A stretch of DNA of 64,000 bases from Candidatus Saccharimonadota bacterium (GTDB taxonomy: Bacteria > Patescibacteriota > Saccharimonadia > Saccharimonadales > AWTP1-31): contig RXKC01000006.1 in the NCBI GenBank assembly GCA_003962975.1, positions 9,788 to 73,787 on the forward strand, in the 5' to 3' direction. The position numbers and the translations under genes are program-made. How positions within the stretch are numbered: the stretch's first letter is position 1; each line of letters starts with the position of its first letter. The notes under the pieces were generated by a model. That model saw only the letters and a program-made list of their open reading frames with translations. It ran no database searches and was not told the origin of the DNA. Below are positions 30,951 through 40,873 of this stretch, piece after piece.

Positions 30951-32831
30951 ATGTTGAGAAAGTTATTTAAAAGTGTCCGTCATTTCTTTGCTGAGTATAA
31001 GCAGTTCGGTTTTACGCTACTTTCAGTTATAGGTGCATTGGTGTTGCAGCTGGTGGGTCAAGCCAGTGCTGCCAACGTGCTATTAATTGTCTGTGCTGCC
31101 ATTAACCTTGTACCTTTACTTTGGGGCATGATCCAGGATCTGCGAGTCGGAACATATGGAGTTGATGTTTTAGCAGCTACTGCCATTATTAGCGCCGTAC
31201 TTTTCAAGGAGTACTGGACCGCCATTATCATCGTCTTCATGCTAACCGGTGGTGAAGCCCTTGAAGATTATGCTGAAAAACGCGCCAAGACAGAGCTCAG
31301 TGCACTTTTAGAACGCGCACCACAACAAGCCCATGTCTACAAAGGCCGTAAGACGATTGATGTTGCCGTCGCAAAAGTACAAGTTGGCGATAAGATCCTA
31401 ATCAAGCCAGGTGAAGTTGTGCCTGTTGATGCGGTCATTATTGAAGGTACTTCTGACTTCGATGAATCAAGCCTGACAGGTGAGAGCCTGCCACAGAGCA
31501 AATCTACCAACCAAGATATTATGAGTGGTTCAGTGTGTGTTGATGGCTCAATCACCGCTCGAGTCGTGCGCTCTGCTGCTGACAGTCAGTACAGCCAAAT
31601 TATTAAACTTGTTAAGTCTGCCCAAAACAGTCGTGCACCATTTGTGCGCATGGCCGACTTATATGCTGTTCCCTTTACCCTGCTGGCATTCACAATAGCA
31701 TTAGGTGCATGGGCACTCAGCGGTGACAGTATGCGCTTTCTGCAAGTTCTCGTAGTCGCCACCCCCTGCCCGTTAATCTTAGGTGCACCTATCGCACTTG
31801 TTTCAGGTATGAGCCGAGCTGCCAAGCACGGTATTATCGTAAAGAACGGATCTGCCCTAGAGCAATTGGCCAAAATTAAAACCCTAGCTTTTGACAAAAC
31901 TGGCACGCTGACACAAGGCGTCCCAAAGGTAAAGACCGTACAAACATTTGGCTCGTACAAGCAAAATGATGTCATCCGCCTAGCGGCTACACTCGAGCTG
32001 AAATCAAACCACGTCTTAGCCCAGACCATTGTGGCTTACAGTGAGCAGAAAAAGATTAAGCTCGCCAAAACCAAGAACGTCCAAGAGATTGCTGGTCGAG
32101 GCTTGCGAGCTGTCGTCGGCGGAAAAGAAATATTGGTTGGCAAGCTAAATCTAATGCAAGAAGAAAAAATAGCCTTACCGACTGGTTTCAAGCTCAGCAA
32201 CATCAAAGACACTGCTGCTTTTGTAGCTGTGGGTGGACAGCTTGCCGGTGTTATTAGTTTTGAAGACACCATCCGTCCCGAGGCAAAAGAAACTTTGGCG
32301 CTCATCAATAAACTGGGGATCAAGCATACTTTGATGGTCACGGGCGATAATCAGGTCACTGCGCAGCGTGTTGCCAAGCAACTTGGCATTAGTGATGTCA
32401 CTGCCGATGCACTGCCAGGCGATAAGCTGGTAGCCCTAGAGTCTACGACTCCCCGACCGGTTGGCTTTGTCGGTGACGGCGTAAACGATGCGCCCGTGTT
32501 AACTGTTTCTGACGTTGGTATCGCCCTGGGTGCACGCGGCTCTACGGCTGCCAGCGAGTCAGCTGATATTGTCATACTGACCGACAATTTGGGTCAGGTT
32601 GCGACCGGGCTGGCAATTGCAAAGCGTACTATTCGTATCGCTAAGCAAGCTATTCTGACTGGTATATTCTTGAGCATTATTTTGATGTTCATCTTTGCAA
32701 CTGGCAAATTCCCACCCATTTATGGAGCAGCTATCCAAGAACTTGTTGACGTAGTAGTGATCGTCTACGCGCTCCGCGCACATAGCGATGTTGCAAAGAA
32801 GTTTCGTTCTAAAAGCGTAAGCACGCAATAA
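30951..32831 (+). CDS. P1B-type heavy-metal ATPase lacking an N-terminal metal-binding domain, with TM motif TPCP
   Basis: DKTGTLT, GDGVNDAP, VTGDN. VVATPCPLILGAP sits at the CPC position. Four TMs precede the actuator domain. Confidence 0.85.
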   Translation: MLRKLFKSVRHFFAEYKQFGFTLLSVIGALVLQLVGQASAANVLLIVCAAINLVPLLWGMIQDLRVGTYGVDVLAATAIISAVLFKEYWTAIIIVFMLTGGEALEDYAEKRAKTELSALLERAPQQAHVYKGRKTIDVAVAKVQVGDKILIKPGEVVPVDAVIIEGTSDFDESSLTGESLPQSKSTNQDIMSGSVCVDGSITARVVRSAADSQYSQIIKLVKSAQNSRAPFVRMADLYAVPFTLLAFTIALGAWALSGDSMRFLQVLVVATPCPLILGAPIALVSGMSRAAKHGIIVKNGSALEQLAKIKTLAFDKTGTLTQGVPKVKTVQTFGSYKQNDVIRLAATLELKSNHVLAQTIVAYSEQKKIKLAKTKNVQEIAGRGLRAVVGGKEILVGKLNLMQEEKIALPTGFKLSNIKDTAAFVAVGGQLAGVISFEDTIRPEAKETLALINKLGIKHTLMVTGDNQVTAQRVAKQLGISDVTADALPGDKLVALESTTPRPVGFVGDGVNDAPVLTVSDVGIALGARGSTAASESADIVILTDNLGQVATGLAIAKRTIRIAKQAILTGIFLSIILMFIFATGKFPPIYGAAIQELVDVVVIVYALRAHSDVAKKFRSKSVSTQ

Positions 32832-33435
32832 TAAACGCTGGCACTAGCACATTGTCAGTGCCACGCATGCCGATGTTTTCTAAGCCAGCTGATGCAAAGG
32901 GAGCAACTAGGCAGAGCAATAATGGAATGTCACCTGGCCGCACCAATGCAAAGATACCAAGCATCACGGCAGAAGCAAGCACGAACGAGCCGGTGCCAGC
33001 GACACTCTTGTTGTAGCCAAATACTTTGTAGCGAGATTTGCTTCCAAGCTGGCTGCCAACAAGTCCAGCCATGCCGTCGGCAACGCTCATGTGCAGAACA
33101 GCTAAGGCAAAGATCCATGGCTGTGTAGCAAATGTGGCGGCAATAAAAACACCCAAAGCATAAAAAATATCACCCCATGTATGACGCTTAACATCATTAA
33201 TGGCGTGAAAGATGCGAAACTTATGCGAAAGTAGTACGCCCACAAGCATCGCGAGACTTAGTAATTGTATAGTGTTAAGTGATAAAAAGTATGGCCACGA
33301 AGCAACGTAGCTTCCGATAATAATATGCAAACTCTTGCGTGCAGGTTCACCGCGCAGTAGGCGCTTTCGCCATAACAGCTCAGATACTACAAGCAGCAAG
33401 AAGAGTGGGCCGATTGCCACGAGTATTTCAAGCAT
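32809..33435 (-). CDS. CdsA-superfamily polyprenol (dolichol/phytol-type) kinase-like membrane protein
   Basis: 6-7 TMs. RKSLHIIIG and DGMAGLVGSQLG..NKSVAGTGSFV resemble the CTP-dependent polyprenol kinase motifs (from memory). Confidence 0.45.
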   Translation of the reverse strand: MLEILVAIGPLFLLLVVSELLWRKRLLRGEPARKSLHIIIGSYVASWPYFLSLNTIQLLSLAMLVGVLLSHKFRIFHAINDVKRHTWGDIFYALGVFIAATFATQPWIFALAVLHMSVADGMAGLVGSQLGSKSRYKVFGYNKSVAGTGSFVLASAVMLGIFALVRPGDIPLLLCLVAPFASAGLENIGMRGTDNVLVPAFIIACLRF

Positions 33436-33491
33436 ACTTGCTTATTGTACACCCGTTTGCAACCGACCCGCACTAGCATTGTTAGCTGTTT

Positions 33492-33968
33492 CTAACGTGA
33501 TTGACCAACAGCTGATGTGTTGAAATTAACACCCTGCGTGTACACTGCCCAGGCTGCTTCGTCTGCTGCGCTCAGCTTTTGGGCTTTCTCGACATTTTGT
33601 TTTATAACTGATTCTTGTATTTCAACCGATTGTTTTTCATTTAATTCCGGTGAATGTGCTGCTTGCGTAAGCCATGTTTCAGCCGCGATTGTCTTTGCTA
33701 GACTAAGTTTGATTTTATTCTTAATGCCGTATGTCTGAACTGCTTTTCGCGCTAGCAAGCTATAGCTATCGCCTGGCTGTGCTACATACTTATACGCTGG
33801 ACCTTTGGCAGCTTCAGTTTTTTTGTCATCAGCTTCTGCTGCTGCAACTTCGTTACTATGATCTTCGCCGTCGTGTGCAACCACACGTACTGGGATCATT
33901 GCGGCTGTGCCCGCAAAAATCGACAAGCTATAAAGCGCTGTCGTAATAATACTTGCTAACTTTTTCAT
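33492..33968 (-). CDS. Secreted protein with a LysM-like segment
   Basis: Signal peptide present. YVAQPGDSYSLLARKAVQTYG is LysM-like. Confidence 0.45.
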   Translation of the reverse strand: MKKLASIITTALYSLSIFAGTAAMIPVRVVAHDGEDHSNEVAAAEADDKKTEAAKGPAYKYVAQPGDSYSLLARKAVQTYGIKNKIKLSLAKTIAAETWLTQAAHSPELNEKQSVEIQESVIKQNVEKAQKLSAADEAAWAVYTQGVNFNTSAVGQSR

Positions 33969-34150
33969 ATAGCCTCTTACCCACCACCTTATGTGATAAT
34001 GCTTTTATTCTACATCATGATTTGGTTTACGCTAACGTTTTGTGTCGTAATAATTACTCTAGGGAGATTTATTGTTATTTTCGTAATAATAGGCAATTAT
34101 GTACTTGAAGTTACCAAACCGTAGAAGATCGTTGCCATTATGTGTCAGTT

Positions 34151-34915
34151 TTAGCTAGTGTCTCTTTGCTTCTTAACCCATTCTGCTAAATCTTTGTTGT
34201 TAATAGGTGGAGTCTTTGACATCTTTTTAACAGCACCCTCCATATTCTCATCAATCCTGACAAGCATCTTCTTGTCCTGTTTGGGGTGTGGTGGAGCTAG
34301 GATGTAGGCTTTGTGTTCTCGCCACATCTTACGTCTCATGACAGAAGCGTTGTATGTTCCGTCGCCGACAGCAATGACCGTAGCGTCATTGACCAGGTAG
34401 GGTATCTGCTGGCCGTCATGCTCATTGGCGGAAGTAAAGTAGACGGCAGCCAGCTGGCCCCTGGCATTACAGGCGGCATGTAACTTGAAACCGTAGTGCC
34501 AACCCTGCCAGTTTATGCCAAAGCCAGCTGCTGCCTTGGCTACTTTGTGCCGGTTGGCCCGTACCAGCTTACAAACATGTAGCATGGTACTGTCCATAAA
34601 ACGGACGGCTGCATCTTTGACCAACAGTTGGTCAAGCAGGCTTAGGAGGTGCGGTAATGCCTGGTGGCATTTCCGCACAAAGGATTTGTAGCTAGGAAGG
34701 CGGAACCTACGGTAGTAGTAGGTTTGAGCCCAAGTGTAGACACCTTTCATGGTGCGTTGTGGGGCTACAAAGCTAGAGAACAGCAGAAGTCCAATGACCT
34801 CATTGTTGTGTAGTATGACCGGCCTGCCACCCCAGGGGTTGGCGGCCGCCCTGGGAAGAAAGCTATCTACCACGGCTATTAGATTTGTAATATGATGTGA
34901 GCGTAGTACACGCAT
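34151..34915 (-). mobile_element. IS982-family-like DDE transposase gene (IS ends not identified; possibly short or degenerate)
   Basis: RFMDSTMLHVCK, GWHYGFKLHAACNARGQL, IAVGDGTYNAS match the IS982 layout from memory. The C-terminal region is atypical and no convincing terminal inverted repeats were found. Confidence 0.6.
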
Positions 34916-35123
34916 TTGTTTTATCCATTTTTTTGTTTGATACCAAACAACAGGATACCAAATGCGTGTTTACGTTTTTAGTTGTTAGAGGGGGTTTTGA
35001 GACTCAGGTTATACATACTTACTATGTCTTTATCGTCCTCGATGAGGACTACTTTTATATTGCTCATGCTAGTATGGTATAGTGCGCGGCAGCTATAATC
35101 AATGTCGAATAGGGGAAATAGTA

Positions 35124-35525
35124 ATGAAGAAAAATCATAAACTACAGCCAAAGCTCATTGCCGGCCTGATTGTACTCGCCCTTCTGATTGGCGGAGGCTT
35201 TGCCTTATACCAAGCCGGGGTTAGCAAAGGCCGCAAGCTCGAAAAAACAGATGCTGCCAAGCGTCGGTCGAGCGTCAACCTACCAGGGCGCTCAAGCCTA
35301 TTCAACAGAAATGTAGTGGGCAAGATTATAGAGACCAACGACCAAGAACTGACCATAGAACTTAGCGGCAAACAAGAACGAGTCGTCAAGTTCGATTCTA
35401 AAACTATTGTCCGCGGTAGCTCGCCTTCTGCAAGCACCAAGGATCTACAGCCGGGCAAACGAGTCATCATCACTATCAGCGACAAAGACGAAGATCTAGC
35501 CGCTAGAATCATCTTGCAGCAATAG
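35124..35525 (+). CDS. Small N-terminally anchored protein
   Basis: GGGGA sits 7 nt upstream of ATG 35124. TM LIAGLIVLALLIGGGFALY. Confidence 0.5.
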   Translation: MKKNHKLQPKLIAGLIVLALLIGGGFALYQAGVSKGRKLEKTDAAKRRSSVNLPGRSSLFNRNVVGKIIETNDQELTIELSGKQERVVKFDSKTIVRGSSPSASTKDLQPGKRVIITISDKDEDLAARIILQQ

Positions 35526-35582
35526 TCAATCTAGGCGCATTTAGCTGGGCTACCCCGAAAGCAAAGCGTATATTTACAGTGG

Positions 35583-36635
35583 TTATTGCTTAGCCCACAC
35601 GTATACGGTACTACGAGTACTGCCCGACATGGTTAAATAACCATTATCTACCAGTGTTTTGAGCCTACGTTGCAAAGTTCGGCGCGGAACATTTGGCAGT
35701 ACGCTTTCGGCCTCGGCGAGCGATATGGAACCAAATTGTTTGGCATAGCTAAGCAGGTCAGCATCTTCCATGTTGATACGTTTCACTGGCTTATCCCCCA
35801 CTATAACATTGGATAATATCATGACTTCGACCGACAGTACTTTGGCGGATGACAAAAACCCTTCTGCGAAGTAGCTAATCCAGGGGTCGAGTAAGGCAGC
35901 AGTGGCAGTTTGGTAGTCTTCACCCTGGGCCCGGAGTGCGCTGTAGTATTCTCGTTTGTCTGTATAGTAGTACGAATCAAGTACCAGTGCGCCGCGAAAA
36001 TCATAATCATGCAGCCCAAGATAGAGCTGCGTAAGCACACGGGTGGTTCGGCCGTTGCCATCTGAAAACGGGTGGATAGACACGAATTGAAGGTGCAGGA
36101 TAGCCGCTGCGATAACTGGATGCACGTTATGATTATCTTTTAGCCACTCAAGTAGCGCAGTAATTTCTTCTTTTAGGATTATCTTGCTCGGTCCTTGATA
36201 AAGCACTCTGTCATCTTGATCGATAATATCAACGCCAACCGTACGCAAAGCTCCGGCTTTCTCGGAGGGCAGCAACCCTTCCATGACAAGCTCGTGGATA
36301 GTTAGTATGTCCGCAAGCTCGATTGGTTTGCCTGAAGCTTTACGCTTATCGATATAGCCCAGCGCTTTTTTATAGTTGCGCACCTCAATTTCGGCGTATT
36401 GGTGACGCGTCAGCACCGTGCCATCAGCCAACACTTGCTCAACTTGCTTGAGGTTTAGTGGATTACCTTCAATGGCGGTTGAGCTATGGGTGGCCTCAAC
36501 CGTTGCCCGATGGCGCAGTTCTATCTCGCGTTCCGGTAAGATTGGGCTGTGGGCAACTTGTGAACGGAGCGATTCAATCCTAGTTATAGTGGCGAGCAAG
36601 GCATCTGATATTTGGTATTTTGGATGGTATGCCAT
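35583..36635 (-). CDS. fic: Fic-family protein (AMPylase-type) with a C-terminal wHTH
   Basis: Active-site motif HPFSDGNGRTTR, N-terminal inhibitory-type motif STAIEGN, and a C-terminal wHTH (RRTLQRRLKTLVDNGYL). Confidence 0.9.
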   Translation of the reverse strand: MAYHPKYQISDALLATITRIESLRSQVAHSPILPEREIELRHRATVEATHSSTAIEGNPLNLKQVEQVLADGTVLTRHQYAEIEVRNYKKALGYIDKRKASGKPIELADILTIHELVMEGLLPSEKAGALRTVGVDIIDQDDRVLYQGPSKIILKEEITALLEWLKDNHNVHPVIAAAILHLQFVSIHPFSDGNGRTTRVLTQLYLGLHDYDFRGALVLDSYYYTDKREYYSALRAQGEDYQTATAALLDPWISYFAEGFLSSAKVLSVEVMILSNVIVGDKPVKRINMEDADLLSYAKQFGSISLAEAESVLPNVPRRTLQRRLKTLVDNGYLTMSGSTRSTVYVWAKQ

Positions 36636-36665
36636 ACTGTTAGTCTAACATACATTTTATCTTTT

Positions 36666-36695
36666 GCGCCAAATTCGCGCCAATATTCGCGCCAA
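36666..36695. repeat. Three direct repeats of (T)CGCGCCAA at 11-12-bp spacing upstream of fic
   Basis: GCGCCAA at 36666, 36677 and 36689. On the fic strand these read TTGGCGCGA-type units overlapping the -35 region of a TAAAAT box. Confidence 0.5.
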
Positions 36696-36805
36696 GGTAA
36701 CAAAAGACTCAAAAGTCAGAACACCCCCATATACTGAACGCATTGTCTAGTCTAGCCTGTCCTGGCCCACAGTCACTTTTAACCAAGCATGGCCACCCGC
36801 CTACC

Positions 36806-38596
36806 CTACCGCCTTGCCCATCGGCGAGATATGTACAGTATGGTGATGGCAGCTAGGCTAGTAAGGGTTAGTGTAGCCAAAGGGTTATTGAGTAATAGCT
36901 GGAAACCGGTATTGGGTACACCAGGGATAAGACCAGCTAGGTTACCAGAACTAGGCGTGTTCCCGTTAGCGTTAGGTGAGTTAGTAGTAGCACCATAGAC
37001 AAAGCCAACGGCTGTCTGGCCTTGAGTTAGCGTTACGGTCTGAGCAGGTGGTGTTGGATAGCCACTGATAACCGGAGGGGTGAAGGTTTGAGTGGAGCCA
37101 AGACGGTAGTACAGATTAAAGTCATTGGTTGGGTTCTCTATAGCTAGGTAGCTATAGAGACCATCACCGACGACGGTGTCGTCTGGCTGTAGTTCATTGC
37201 CATTACCGTCACTATAGCTAATCAGCCCAGCAGCCGGATTGATAAGCTGAGCCGAGATAACGTCGGTGGTATCACCGTCTTGGTTGATATCTCCACCCTC
37301 ATCCACTTCTCGCCGGACACTGTCGGCCAGACCTAATGTACTTGCCTGAGAAGGGTCTATGTATATCCGTGTATAAATAATATTATCTACTAAGTCCGGG
37401 GCTACTTGGCTATCTTGATGATAAGACTCTATGCTTCTGACAAAATCATGGTAAGCTACGCCCTCTGTAGTAGTTTGAATAAAAAATGTAGTAGGATCTA
37501 GCGTAGTTACCGAATTTGGAATGGTTACTTCGGCAAGCCTGTTACCAGCCAAAGCAAACGCACCAATTGTGGTCACTGAATTTGGGATTACTATTGACTG
37601 TATGCCACAACCGAAGAAAGCATTATCGCTTATAGCAGTAATGCCGTTTGCGATAGTAACTGACGTTAGAGCTCGTAGGGCCATTGCGTATGGTCCAATA
37701 GCCGCCACCGAGGTGCCACCTATGATGCTGGGTATGTTAGCCACCATGCCGATACAGGCGTTGTTGTAAGTCTGCAGTACGGCAATATCTATGTGGTTAA
37801 ACCCCTCGATTGTCCCGGTCCCACTGTTAAATATATAGCACTGGTCGATAATTGGATCGCTTGATGTGTAGTTGTTGCCGTTGTAGGTAACCAGGCTCAC
37901 AGGGTTCATGCCAAACACAGAATATCCGGCGCTAAATGTCGTGCCCTGTATGTTTATACTGGTTATAGCATTACTCACGAAAGCAGTATCCCCAATACTG
38001 TTGACCGATGCAGGAAGCGTTAGTGACGTAATATTGTTAGATCGAAAAGCGTCTCCTCCAATTTGAACCAATGAGCTGTTGAGGCTTACTGTTGTTAGTA
38101 GATTTTGACTGAAAGCACTACTGCCAACGCTGGTAACGGATGGCGGCAAAACAACACTAGTAAGATTATTTTTTGCAAATGCCCCACCACAAGCTGTACG
38201 ATCTGCTATAACCTGTAAACTGCTAGGCAAAACAACACTGGTCAGGTTTTTCTCGCAAAAAGCACCGCCGCCTATATGCGTTACACTTTCGCCACCTAGA
38301 GTAGTTGGTATTTCGGGGTCTCTGGTACAGGCTGGTTGGAGGTTGTCGTTGTTCTGGTGGTCATAGTAATTGGTAATAGTTACCTGGCCAGGGTTTGGGG
38401 TGCTAGCGTTAATGGCAAAGCAAGAGTCTGGAGTGGGTGCAGCATAGACCTTTGAGTTGGTAGATAGGTTAAGTGCTGTGGTATATATACTAGCAAGTAA
38501 GACTACCGCAAGTAGTAGGCTGGTGGCTCGTTTGGTGAGCCTGCTTGTAGCCAAGCAAATAGTTATAAGAGATATTGGGGTTGGTTTGTGGCTCAT
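36806..38596 (-). CDS. BspA-type leucine-rich-repeat surface protein with a VPNTG sorting signal
   Basis: Repeats of the type LTSVVLPSSLQVIADRTACGGAF / NSVTTIGAFALAG. C-terminus is PGVPNTGFQLLLNNPLATL + TM + SRRWARR. Confidence 0.8.
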   Translation of the reverse strand: MSHKPTPISLITICLATSRLTKRATSLLLAVVLLASIYTTALNLSTNSKVYAAPTPDSCFAINASTPNPGQVTITNYYDHQNNDNLQPACTRDPEIPTTLGGESVTHIGGGAFCEKNLTSVVLPSSLQVIADRTACGGAFAKNNLTSVVLPPSVTSVGSSAFSQNLLTTVSLNSSLVQIGGDAFRSNNITSLTLPASVNSIGDTAFVSNAITSINIQGTTFSAGYSVFGMNPVSLVTYNGNNYTSSDPIIDQCYIFNSGTGTIEGFNHIDIAVLQTYNNACIGMVANIPSIIGGTSVAAIGPYAMALRALTSVTIANGITAISDNAFFGCGIQSIVIPNSVTTIGAFALAGNRLAEVTIPNSVTTLDPTTFFIQTTTEGVAYHDFVRSIESYHQDSQVAPDLVDNIIYTRIYIDPSQASTLGLADSVRREVDEGGDINQDGDTTDVISAQLINPAAGLISYSDGNGNELQPDDTVVGDGLYSYLAIENPTNDFNLYYRLGSTQTFTPPVISGYPTPPAQTVTLTQGQTAVGFVYGATTNSPNANGNTPSSGNLAGLIPGVPNTGFQLLLNNPLATLTLTSLAAITILYISRRWARR

Positions 38597-38835
38597 GGTT
38601 AGGCCGTTTTACTTTGTTTATTTTGTTTGATATTAGTTATCTGATATTGGTTATTTTATATGAGTTATGTTTATTTTGGATAACTGTTACAGGCAGTTTA
38701 GCATGAGGGGGATGGGAGTCAAGGCCGCCGTATATAGCTGATTACTGAATAATTATCTTGCTGGCCGTGAGGCCTGACGATCGGCGTGGTCTATGCGCCT
38801 GCCGGGCTAAGCAACAACTAGCTCTACTGCTAGAC

Positions 38836-40869
38836 TTAAGGCCGCTGGGCAATAATCCAGGCGTACAGGTAGCTGCGAGAATTGGCGCTGTCGATAGTGT
38901 CGGGCCGTAGCTTTTGGGCCAGCTCCAACTGCCCTGCGCTGCGGCTTTGGCTACTTGGACTACCTTGGCTGTCGTACATTAGGGCATAATCGCCAAACGG
39001 TGCGTCGTATGAGTTTAGGGCACCCAGCTCAGTAATGTGGCCAGCTCGAGCCTGGGGGATATCCGAAAATATACTTACCATCGAGGGGCTCATAGGTATG
39101 AGTTGAATACCAAGCTTGGCCAGTGGCTCGGCACTAAAGAACGTGGCATAGTCGCGTTTGCCTCCCCAATTGAGGGAGATTAAGTTATGGGCATAACCCT
39201 CTGAATATGGCTTCTTGGAACTATCGAAAGCCAGCCAATAACTCTTGGCGGACTGCACTTCATTGCTCAGCAGCCAACCAGCCTGAATCGCTAGTTCTGT
39301 GTTAGTTGTCTGTCTAGCCCATAACGACACTCCGATCCAAGCGTTAATTGCTTCCGATGATGATTCTTGGTTGTTGCCATCATTAAATGGCGAACTTCCG
39401 GATGCCCAAGAATGACCCATGTAGGGGTCAAAGACTCTTCGTAACGGCAACTTTTGGCCGTTTCGATAGTTGGCAATATCGGCCACCAACAGATCAATCG
39501 AGCTACGATATCGCTGCAGGAACGGTTTATCGTACTGAGCTAGAATACTAGCGGCGTAGATAAAATAGCCATAATGAAAGTGATGATCGTTGATCTCTTC
39601 TGACCCAAATGAAGGAGTAACGCCCACTACGCTCTGAATACGTGAGTCGTAATAAAAATATCGACCACCCTGGCTGGAAAAGTTCGAGAACCATGATTCC
39701 AGTTGTTGTCTTAGTTTAGTCTGCATAGTGGTGGCGATCTCTTGCTCTGCCAACTGATTGGCTAGCTGCAACAATTGTGCACTGCGATATAGTTCCTTGC
39801 CGGCGTAGTAGCTGTCTGCTGCAGAGTATGTGGTGGCGTTAATATCTTGGCGCAAGGTGGTTACCAGCAGTTCCCTCTGTTTGTTTGTCATTTTGGACAG
39901 ATCAAGAGAAGTTTCTACCGGGGCTCTAGGGGTTATAAAACTGAATAGCTGGCCACTAAGCATCTCTTGCTTTCCATAAATGGTTTCGTAGGCAAACATC
40001 GACTCAGAAGCAGACTGGTGATGTGGCATCATTCCGTAAACAGTTGGCTTATTGTTAATGGTAGAGATATTAATGGCCGTTCGGTAACCAGCATTGTTGG
40101 CCGAATAGCTAACTTCCGCCCCCATTATTCGATTGCCGGCAGTATGCTTTAGAGGGTCTTGATTAAGCGTAGCCGGCAGTGCATATAAACTAGCCAAACC
40201 ACCGGTGGGCATTGCCATCGATATACTTTGGCCACTAGCTGTTAATTCTGAACCGTTAAATCCAACTACGTGATAGCTAACCGTAGGCGTCTTATATTCG
40301 GCACTAGACGTAGCAGCGGTGGGGGTAGTCCCAGCCACCGACATAGACAGTTTAGCGGCAGACATTGACGAAAATTGAACATAAGGAGAGCCTTCTAGGA
40401 CAGTAACCAGCCCAATAGCCGTGCCGTCAGTGCGGTAGTATGTTAGGTCAAGAGATAACTCATCGTACCGGCTAACCATATAGTGGTTAGCGCCCTCTAC
40501 CTGAACTGTAGCTTTTTGTGAGACATCACTAGCGATAGAGTCAGCGGCTACCTCTACCTCAGGCAGGCTATAACTAAACGAGGTGCTAGAGGCCGTAAAC
40601 CCCAGTGGCATCGGAAAAACAGTCTTAGGTTGTTTTTGTAGAGCGAGACCGCTAAACCATTTGTTGGTAGGCGGAACAAGACCCGGGGCCAGATGGCTCG
40701 TGTCAATACCGCTAGAATCTCTCTGCTCTAAACCAGATAATACTGACTCATTTACGAGCGACACGCCTGTATGCTTGACAGAATTCTGTCTTGTTACAGC
40801 CAAGATACCTGCCGCTACTAATAAAAGTACCGTTGCAGTAGCAATGCCAAGCTTGACTGACCGCTGCAT
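38836..40869 (-). CDS. Membrane-anchored glycoside hydrolase family 81 (endo-beta-1,3-glucanase-like)
   Basis: N-terminal TM. GH81 hallmark EEINDHHFHYGYFIYAASILA. About 680 aa. Confidence 0.75.
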   Translation of the reverse strand: MQRSVKLGIATATVLLLVAAGILAVTRQNSVKHTGVSLVNESVLSGLEQRDSSGIDTSHLAPGLVPPTNKWFSGLALQKQPKTVFPMPLGFTASSTSFSYSLPEVEVAADSIASDVSQKATVQVEGANHYMVSRYDELSLDLTYYRTDGTAIGLVTVLEGSPYVQFSSMSAAKLSMSVAGTTPTAATSSAEYKTPTVSYHVVGFNGSELTASGQSISMAMPTGGLASLYALPATLNQDPLKHTAGNRIMGAEVSYSANNAGYRTAINISTINNKPTVYGMMPHHQSASESMFAYETIYGKQEMLSGQLFSFITPRAPVETSLDLSKMTNKQRELLVTTLRQDINATTYSAADSYYAGKELYRSAQLLQLANQLAEQEIATTMQTKLRQQLESWFSNFSSQGGRYFYYDSRIQSVVGVTPSFGSEEINDHHFHYGYFIYAASILAQYDKPFLQRYRSSIDLLVADIANYRNGQKLPLRRVFDPYMGHSWASGSSPFNDGNNQESSSEAINAWIGVSLWARQTTNTELAIQAGWLLSNEVQSAKSYWLAFDSSKKPYSEGYAHNLISLNWGGKRDYATFFSAEPLAKLGIQLIPMSPSMVSIFSDIPQARAGHITELGALNSYDAPFGDYALMYDSQGSPSSQSRSAGQLELAQKLRPDTIDSANSRSYLYAWIIAQRP

Positions 40870-40873
40870 CGTA

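Noticed and set aside
32809-32831. A 23-nt convergent overlap of the ATPase and polyprenol-kinase-like gene 3' ends, and a 4-nt convergent overlap at 17772-17775.
   Set aside because: Such overlaps are common in compact genomes. No structure or additional signal was seen, so they are not treated as findings.
34021-35040. Search for terminal inverted repeats and target-site duplications around the IS982-like transposase gene.
   Set aside because: Only short, weak similarities were seen by eye (TTTACG / ACGTTTT motifs in direct orientation). Nothing supports defined IS ends, so only the gene is reported.
36666-36695. Considered whether the GCGCCAA repeats, or any other short repeats in the window, form a CRISPR array.
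   Set aside because: There are only three 7-9-bp units at 11-12-bp spacing, with no spacer-sized unique segments. No CRISPR-like array or cas gene was seen anywhere in the window.
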